IMG/VR virus record: IMGVR_UViG_3300037863_000023
Coordinates: 1-25,856 of that record
Strand: one strand, 5' to 3'
Length of the DNA stretch: 25,856 bases
DNA from: a virus
Lineage: Duplodnaviria; Caudoviricetes
The notes below the pieces were generated by a model. The model made no database searches, was not told the DNA's origin, and saw nothing but the letters and a program-made list of their open reading frames with translations. Numbering within the stretch: the stretch's first letter is position 1; each line of letters begins with the position of its first letter. Position numbers and translations under genes: made by a program. Below, piece after piece: positions 6,707 to 14,000 of this stretch.

Positions 6707-7597
6707 ATGTCCGAACTTACACTTTTCAAATCCGGTGCCACCCTCCCTGACTACCTGCGTGGCGAGCCCGATGAGCTAACCAAGCGCCTTGCTGGCGGTG
6801 CCAGCATGAAGACTATCTCCACTGAAGGCGGCGTGTTCCGCATGATGGTCGGTGGCGATGAGGTTGCCAAGAACGAAGAGCGCTGGATGAACATCGTAAT
6901 CGTCAGCGCAGCGCAGAACGTAGCCCGTACCTACTACGAGGGTACATACGTCAAGGGCGAATCCACCGGCCCCGTCTGCGCATCCGGTGACGGCAAGACT
7001 CCTGACGCAAGCATTGCAGAGCCGCAGAGCAGCTCGTGCGCTACGTGCCCGAAGAACATTGCGGGTTCTGGCCTGAACGGTTCCCGCGCTTGCCGCTTTA
7101 ATCAGCGCTTCGCCGTGCTGCTTGAAAACGATCTGTCTGGTAACGTGTACCGCCTCCAGCTACCGGCCACTTCGCTCTTCGGTAAAGCCGAGGGTGACAA
7201 GATGCCACTGCAAGCCTACGCAAAGTTTCTGGCAGGCCATGGCGTTCCGATGTCGGGCATCGTAACTGAAGCTCGTTTTGATACGTCGGCCGCAGTTGCA
7301 GTACTGAAGTTCCGAGCTGTCCGCCCGTTGACGCAGCCTGAGTTGGCAATAGCTCGTGCCCAAGGCGCTTCCGAAGATGCACTGCAGGCCATCGAGTTCA
7401 AGCTGGCCCCGCCGAAAGAAACTCCAGCACTGCCAATCGCGTTTGCAAAGCCAGCCGCCAAAGCCGCGCCTAGCGAAGCGGAGCCAGAGGCTACTGCAAG
7501 CGAGCCGGTCAAGCGGGCGTCTAAGAAGCCTGACCCTATTGCCACCCCAAAGGCTCTTGAGGAAGCGTTAGACGCATGGGGCGCTGACGATGAGTGA
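6707..7597 (+). CDS. Putative ssDNA-binding/annealing protein with Cys cluster
   Basis: Position between helicase and primase, C-x-S-x-DG...CATCPKN...ACR cluster, Ala/Pro/Lys linker and acidic-aromatic tail LDAWGADDE. Confidence 0.65.
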   Translation: MSELTLFKSGATLPDYLRGEPDELTKRLAGGASMKTISTEGGVFRMMVGGDEVAKNEERWMNIVIVSAAQNVARTYYEGTYVKGESTGPVCASGDGKTPDASIAEPQSSSCATCPKNIAGSGLNGSRACRFNQRFAVLLENDLSGNVYRLQLPATSLFGKAEGDKMPLQAYAKFLAGHGVPMSGIVTEARFDTSAAVAVLKFRAVRPLTQPELAIARAQGASEDALQAIEFKLAPPKETPALPIAFAKPAAKAAPSEAEPEATASEPVKRASKKPDPIATPKALEEALDAWGADDE

Positions 7598-7838
7598 TTT
7601 CCGGGGCTATTCCTACACCATCGTCAAGGCGATTGCGGCAGCAGACCAAACTCTGCCCGGTGTTAGGTTGGCTCAGGTGTGCGTTACCCACGACTTATCG
7701 GTGGCTTCGGTTGCCGAAACGTTGGGGGTTTCCCGCCAAACGGTGTACTCATGGTTCATCGGGCGGTTCAAGCCGCGACAGCACGAAGCCAATCGCATCG
7801 AAGAATTAATCTTGCGCTACACAAGAGTGCGAGTATAG
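7590..7838 (+). CDS. Cro/C1-type helix-turn-helix protein
   Basis: SVASVAETLGVSRQTVYSWFIG HTH pattern. Confidence 0.85.
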   Translation: MSDFRGYSYTIVKAIAAADQTLPGVRLAQVCVTHDLSVASVAETLGVSRQTVYSWFIGRFKPRQHEANRIEELILRYTRVRV

Positions 7839-7839
7839 T
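7812..7839 (+). promoter_or_regulatory. Putative sigma70 promoter for the primase gene
   Basis: TTGCGC-16 nt-TATAGT overlapping the HTH stop codon. Confidence 0.55.
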
Positions 7840-7845
7840 TGCCCC

Positions 7846-7900
7846 GGGGCTAGAGGAAGCTGATCCCTTCCTGACAACGCGGAACACGGGCCGCGGCCCC
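7846..7900 (+). ncRNA. Three-way-junction structured RNA upstream of primase
   Basis: P1 GGGGC/GCCCC, P2 AGGAAG-cugaucc-CUUCCU, P3 CGCGG-aacacggg-CCGCG, followed by accUUUUU. Confidence 0.6.
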
Positions 7901-7935
7901 ACCTTTTTACACTCGTTCCTAACTCGTGAGGATTC

Positions 7936-10806
7936 GTGGACCATTCTTTTTATAAAGCCGTACTGCCCCCCGAAGGCCCCTACTGCGTAGTAGGAATCAA
8001 ATCCGGGGCGCTAACGCACACATACCATGCCTCCATTGAAGATCTAATTGCCCGCGGTGCAGTTCTTCGGTCGAGAGATTCCAACGTATTCTTTGCCCTT
8101 GCCAGCTTCGTGGACCAAGCCGAAGGGCGTAAAGCCACAAACGCGAAAGCCTTGCGCTCGTTTTTTATTGATCTGGACTGCGGTGCCGACAAGCCATACG
8201 CGAGCCGTGATGAAGCCGCCGTGGCGCTCAAGGCATTTGTTGCGTCAGCTAGCCTGCCTACTCCGTTTATCGTGAACTCGGGCCGCGGCCTGCATGTTTA
8301 CTGGCCGTTCCATGAAGTGCTTGATGTGCCAACGTGGCGGTTGATGGCCCGCAGGTTTAAGACTCTCTGCGTAGAGCACAAGCTCGGCATCGACCTGACC
8401 GTTACTTCCGACGCAGCGCGGGTACTACGCATGGTGGATACCGAGAACCACAAAGTTGTGCCGCCGTTGCCCGTGCAGTTGATGGTTAGCGGCGTCATTA
8501 GCCCGCTGGCTACGCTTGAGGCACTCCTCCCCGCCGGTGAGGATTCGATGGACTGGGACGCAGCGCGTGCCGACGGCGTAGACGATATGACCCGAGCATT
8601 GGCCGGAGGTGACTACCCAGCAACGGAGTTCGCCCGTATCGTTCGCCGCAGTGTCAAAGGCAACGGCTGCGCCCAGATCGCTCATGCAGTGCTTAACGCT
8701 GCCACACTAGAAGAGCCCCTGTGGCGGGCGGCGTTGTCGATCGCTTGGCGCTGCACAGATGCAGAGACCGCGGTGCAGGCACTATCACGCGCACACCCAG
8801 AATATTCACCCGAAGCCACCCTGCGTAAAGCGCAAGAGACCAAGGGCCCCATGACATGCGATTGGTACCGGGACAACTACAGCGCAGCTTGCACGGGATG
8901 CCCCCAGCGTTGCACAAGCCCGATCGCTATTGGCCGCAAAGTTGAAGCCGCCACCATAGTCAATGACGCGTACGTCGTAGAGCAGCAGCTTGAGCCCGAC
9001 AACGTGGAGTCCGGCATACCGCAGACCGTGCAGGTCAACATCCCTGTGTACCCTTCGCCGTATTTCCGAGGTATTCACGGCGGGGTATTCCTGAAGACCA
9101 AGGATAAAGAAGGCGACCCGATCGAGCTCGAAGTCTATCGTTATGACCTGTACCTTACATCTAGGTTCTACGACTCAGACGCGCAGGGCAACGGGGAGGG
9201 CGAGATTGTCGGCGTGAATCTGCACACCCCGCACGACGGTATCCGAAGGTTTTCGGCCCCGGTCTCCGTACTGCTTACAAAAGAAAAAATGCGCGACCTG
9301 CTGTTGAAGAACGGCGTCGTGGCGATCAACAAAGAATTGGACAACATCATGGCATATATGGCTTCCTCAACCCGCAACCTGCAACGTATGTTTGCCGCGG
9401 ACCGCACTCGGCACCAGATGGGCTGGCTGCCAGACGAATCAGGCTTCGTGGTTGGCGAGTTGGAGTACACCGACAAAGGTGCCCGCCTTGCCCCGGCAGG
9501 TAGCGCCACAAAAGACTTTGCTCCCAAGCTCATCCCGAAGGGGAACCTGAACGCATGGTCGAAGATGGTCAACTTCTACGACAAACCCGGCATGGAAGCG
9601 CATGCGCTGGCAATATTCTTTGGTTTTGGGGCACCTCTCTTGCGGCTCATGGGCAGCTTGGATGTGCGCGGCGCGGCGATTAACCTGATGTCCAACAAGT
9701 CCGGCACGGGGAAGACTACGGCCCAGATGATCGTCAACTCCATCTTCGGGCACCCGAGCGATTTGCTCATGAAGAAATCTGACACCGGCATGTCCAAGAT
9801 GCAGTGGCTAGGCACCCTCAACTCTATCGCGGGCACGATGGACGAAGTGACCAACTACGCCGACGACGAGCTGTCTGACTTGCTGTACGACATTCCGCAG
9901 GGGCGGGGCAAGAACCGCATGGAGTCCCAGACCAACAAGTTGCGTGCAAACAACACTTCATGGTCTACGTTCGTCATCATGTCCAGCAACTCTTCGCTGT
10001 ACGACAAGCTGGCCCGCCACAAGAGCACGTCCGACGGAGAACTGCGACGTCTCATTGAGTTGCGCATCACACGCCCGCTCGAAGTCACCAAGCAAGAATC
10101 CGATGCAGTATTTGGTACCTTGATCGAGAACTACGGCCTTGCCGGGCCTGTATTTATTCAGTACGTGCTGAAGAACCGGGAGAAGGTTATTGCGCAGCTA
10201 AAGAAGATTCAGCAGAAGATTGACACCGACCTGAATCTCGACCAGTCCGATCGTTTTTACTCCACCATTTTGGCCTGCGCGTTTACTGCAGCCAGCATAG
10301 CTACCAAGCTGGGTTTGATTTCCATCGACATTTCCCGCGTGTACCAATACGCGTTGACGACGGTAGCTGCAATTCGGCAGGACGTGATTCAGCCAGCAGC
10401 CAACACCGAGGCCGCTGCCGAAGAGACGCTGAGCATGTACATCAATGACAACGTGAATAACGCACTGGTCGTCAACGGACTGCGGTCCGCCATGCCGCAG
10501 GCACCGATCCGGGAGCCCCGTGGTCCGCTTCGCATTCGGTACGAGCCCGACACCAAAGAGTTGTGGATACCGGCAACGGCCCTGCGTGACCACTTTGTCA
10601 GTCGGCAGGTTGACTTCCAGCAGGCGCTCAAGACGCTGACTGCACGAGGGTTCATGAAGAACAATGGCGCAGCATCCACCAAACGGATTGGCGCTGGCGC
10701 AGTGGGTGGGTTCGAGGCGATGGGCATGCGCTGCTACTGCTTGGACGGTACCGCCACTGGGGTCGCAGACACGCTGGTCATAGGCGATGTACCTCCGAAT
10801 TCCTGA
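7936..10806 (+). CDS. Primase-helicase: AEP/RepB-like primase + Cys-rich domain + DUF927 + P-loop helicase
   Basis: GTG with GAGG SD. FIDLDCG, VNSGRGLHVYW, DAARVLR primase motifs, GPMTC...CTGCPQRC, Walker A SGTGKTT, Walker B TMDE, GELRRLIE arginine finger. Confidence 0.9.
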   Translation: MDHSFYKAVLPPEGPYCVVGIKSGALTHTYHASIEDLIARGAVLRSRDSNVFFALASFVDQAEGRKATNAKALRSFFIDLDCGADKPYASRDEAAVALKAFVASASLPTPFIVNSGRGLHVYWPFHEVLDVPTWRLMARRFKTLCVEHKLGIDLTVTSDAARVLRMVDTENHKVVPPLPVQLMVSGVISPLATLEALLPAGEDSMDWDAARADGVDDMTRALAGGDYPATEFARIVRRSVKGNGCAQIAHAVLNAATLEEPLWRAALSIAWRCTDAETAVQALSRAHPEYSPEATLRKAQETKGPMTCDWYRDNYSAACTGCPQRCTSPIAIGRKVEAATIVNDAYVVEQQLEPDNVESGIPQTVQVNIPVYPSPYFRGIHGGVFLKTKDKEGDPIELEVYRYDLYLTSRFYDSDAQGNGEGEIVGVNLHTPHDGIRRFSAPVSVLLTKEKMRDLLLKNGVVAINKELDNIMAYMASSTRNLQRMFAADRTRHQMGWLPDESGFVVGELEYTDKGARLAPAGSATKDFAPKLIPKGNLNAWSKMVNFYDKPGMEAHALAIFFGFGAPLLRLMGSLDVRGAAINLMSNKSGTGKTTAQMIVNSIFGHPSDLLMKKSDTGMSKMQWLGTLNSIAGTMDEVTNYADDELSDLLYDIPQGRGKNRMESQTNKLRANNTSWSTFVIMSSNSSLYDKLARHKSTSDGELRRLIELRITRPLEVTKQESDAVFGTLIENYGLAGPVFIQYVLKNREKVIAQLKKIQQKIDTDLNLDQSDRFYSTILACAFTAASIATKLGLISIDISRVYQYALTTVAAIRQDVIQPAANTEAAAEETLSMYINDNVNNALVVNGLRSAMPQAPIREPRGPLRIRYEPDTKELWIPATALRDHFVSRQVDFQQALKTLTARGFMKNNGAASTKRIGAGAVGGFEAMGMRCYCLDGTATGVADTLVIGDVPPNS

Positions 10807-11020
10807 CCATATTCGGTATGTCGATGTCTTTGGGGTGCTGTACTACATCCGGTGGGAAGACCTCCTGCCGGGGCACTCCTTCTTCATTAAGACGACAGCA
10901 GCCGCACGCGTAGTTAAGCGCTCCATCCGACCCGCAGAGACGTTTCTGAGGGTTACATTGAGGGCCCACCCCCGCTGCGAGTTCGGATACTACGGCGTGC
11001 GGGTATGGCGGGTGGCTTAG
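10787..11020 (+). CDS. Small hypothetical protein ending the replication arm
   Basis: 77 aa, WEDLLPGHSFFI...YGVRVWRV. Overlaps the primase end and its stop overlaps the convergent gene's stop. Confidence 0.7.
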   Translation: MYLRIPDHIRYVDVFGVLYYIRWEDLLPGHSFFIKTTAAARVVKRSIRPAETFLRVTLRAHPRCEFGYYGVRVWRVA

Positions 11021-14000
11021 AGTTTGCGCAGGTCGGCTTCCATCTCGCGTACAAACGAGACTAATTCATTCTCGGCGCGTCGTATCTCATCAATTTCTTT
11101 GCGGCGTTCAGTACCCGTCATACCTAGTGCTTCCTCTGTGCCCTGCTCTAACAGGCGGCGCATCCGCCCCAAGTCATTTAGTTGGCTGAGATAGCTATTT
11201 ACCGTAGGCGCAGCCCCAAGTAGTGCTGCGTTCTTTTCGCCATACGCTGCAGCTTTTTCTGGATCTTTTGTTTCTAATGCGTTGTAGGTATTGACCGCCG
11301 TAGCAACTTTAGTCCGTAGGTCGTAGAACTCTGTTTTAGCTTTTCCGCCAATCGTGTCATACAAGAAAATGCTGGCAAACGGCATCTGATACAACGGACG
11401 ATCAGGCCGCGTTGGGTTGATAAGCGCGTCTGTGGCTAGCAGGGTGGTTGCCCCCATCATGCCGAACATACCGCGAATCAAGTTGTCAATCTTTATCGGA
11501 GAAATGTTGGTGCTTTCTCCCAGCGCTTTAGCCAGCTCTGACGTAGATGACGTACTGCGGAACCCGGCCTCTTGTCCTTGCACAGACGCAGGCTCCAGCG
11601 CACGCTGCCCAAAAAATGAGTAGTTGGTCATGTTCTCCAAGATTGGGCGAACCAGTGAGGGGATTGCATTAGGCGAACCGTATGCGGAGAGCGCGACCTT
11701 GGATACACCGCCAATCGCTTGCAGAATGCTCTGCTCTTCCGCTGTTCCATACCGCTGGTAGTACTCGACGGTGCGCTCTGGAATGGATTTAAAGATAAAC
11801 CCAAGCTCGCGAGGCACGGGAAGTTTCACCCCACCGGGCAAGATCCAGTTATTGTCCCGCACATCTTCAGACGCGCTCTTGTACCCCTCGTCGTCGCTCA
11901 TGGACAGCGCGTACAGGGTGCTCATTGCCGACATAAGCGCAACGCGGCTCCAGAATAGTTTGCGTGCAGCGCTGCGCTCAACAGACGACGTAGAGTCGAT
12001 ACCCGAAGCCGCCCGGTACAGCACGTCCATGCCCTGTGCGTAAGCGTTGAAAAACGGAATAACTTGCGCTGCCATCCGCATCGAACTGCTGGTGCCTCTG
12101 CGGCTAAAGTTGATAAGTTCCCGTGCTCGCGTTTGCGCTAGAACCGCGTCGCCCCCCGTAATATCTCCGTCCGGTTGCTTCTTGCCCCCGGTGTCCAGCA
12201 GTGTCTCTTCGTAGACCGCAAGGCGGGCAGACAGATCAGACGCCTTGGTAAACTGTTCCAGTCGGTGCAAAAGTTGCCTGCCCGCACCACGTTTCTTTGC
12301 GCCAATTTCTGCTTCTAGCTCGGTTGTGGGCTGGAACACATTAGAGTCAAAGTCCCCAATAACACCCGCGGCTTCCAGCTGACGAACAAGGGGGGATTTC
12401 CGCCCTGTCAACTCCCCGAAGAACGTGCGCGGTAGGTTATGCAACGTTTTCATCCCAACGACAAGCGGACGGGCTACTCCGGACGTAAACATAGCGCGTT
12501 GGGCATCGTCAATCACCTGCTTCAAAGCAAACGGGGGCATAGCCGTAACGCTGGTTCGCAGTACCCGTGATGTCGCAGTCAACCCCTTAATCAACCAGTT
12601 AGTTATCTCGGGAGCCTGCTGAAACGCCAGCAAGTCATACTCATTCTGCACTTCAAAAAACACGGGCTTGCCGTCTACGTAGAGCTTAGGGACTACCAAG
12701 TTTTTGTTGGTTGCCTGCTCAAGCCCTTGGAGTTTTTTTGCGTATCCCCCCAGCTCCATCGTGCTGAGAAGGTTGACGGCGGCGTGGTTCTTCATGGATT
12801 CTTCGATCATGGACCCCAATCGACTGGCATAGGCATCTAGTACGTTTTGCACAGGGCGGCCTAGGGACCCTTTCATCTCCGGTATGTTGCGCAGTACGCC
12901 CAAGCCGCCGCCACGTTTTACCTTGCTAACCGGTGCATCCTCAAAGACGCGGCTAAACGGCACATACGCAGCGTTCTCTTTCCAGAACCCACCCTGCTCG
13001 GCAGAAATGCGCCCCGTGGAAATCATGAAGTCGATAGCCTGCGTCCGGGTTGCGTTTAGGTCCGCTTGAATATTTTGAACCGCTTTGGATTTTTGGTAGA
13101 CCGCCTCAAGGGTGTTGATCTCTGCGTTCGTCATGTGCAGGACGATCTTTTCACCGCGCTTGTCATCCGCGGCTTTGTTCTGGTTAAGTCCTTCTAAGGA
13201 TACCGCCTCTTGCTCCAGCGTATTATTGTAGTCTCGGAGGCTGGCGAGCCGGTGACCCTCAAAAACAGTGGACACATACTCTTTAGCTTTTTCATACGTC
13301 ATGTTCGAGGCTCGCCCTAAAGCGGCCACTTTTGTCAATGCGCTGGCTATTGACTGGTCGTTTTGCCGCGTCGACACGACGCCTGCTTTGGTCAACTCGA
13401 TGCCGCCGGTGCGGAAGAAATCCAGAATAATTCGAGCGCTGTCTTCTGCCTGCCGTGCAAGCACCATCGGGTTTAGATTGCCAAACGAATCCCGCACCCC
13501 CTGCGAAAACATTTGCGAAACTTTGGACTCAACGGTAGAGAACTTATCAACCGTAGCTTGCCGAAACGTGGTAAATATCCCCGACTTCTTGCGAGCATCA
13601 GCGACACCCTTGAGGCCCTGCTCAATAACGTTGTTTGATACGCTGGATTCCAGCTTCGGCATCGCCGCTTGAATGGCGTCAATGGACGCCTGCATCGCGG
13701 GATCGAGCGCATCGACGCCAAGAATTGTTTCTGCCGTTTTTGAGGTGCGACCTACGTCAGAGGGGGTAGCGGCACTAGGCTTCGTTGTACTGGGCTTTGT
13801 TGCGCCGAACGATTCGCGAAGGAACGCGCCTTGGGCCATCGACAGAATGTCGTTTGACGTTAAGTCTGCGATGCCCAGCCTAGAGCCAAACACGCGGTTA
13901 ATGGCAGCCAGCATGGCTAGCCGAATGTTGTTGAGCAACGACCGTACCGCCCCAGTATTAGGCAGGGTGCCCGCCTGCTGGGCCAAGAGAACTTCTTCAA

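Noticed and set aside
7846-7900. Hammerhead ribozyme or tRNA
   Set aside because: CUGA lies in a hairpin loop, the CUGAnGA/GAAA core is absent, and there is no T-loop or cloverleaf of tRNA size.
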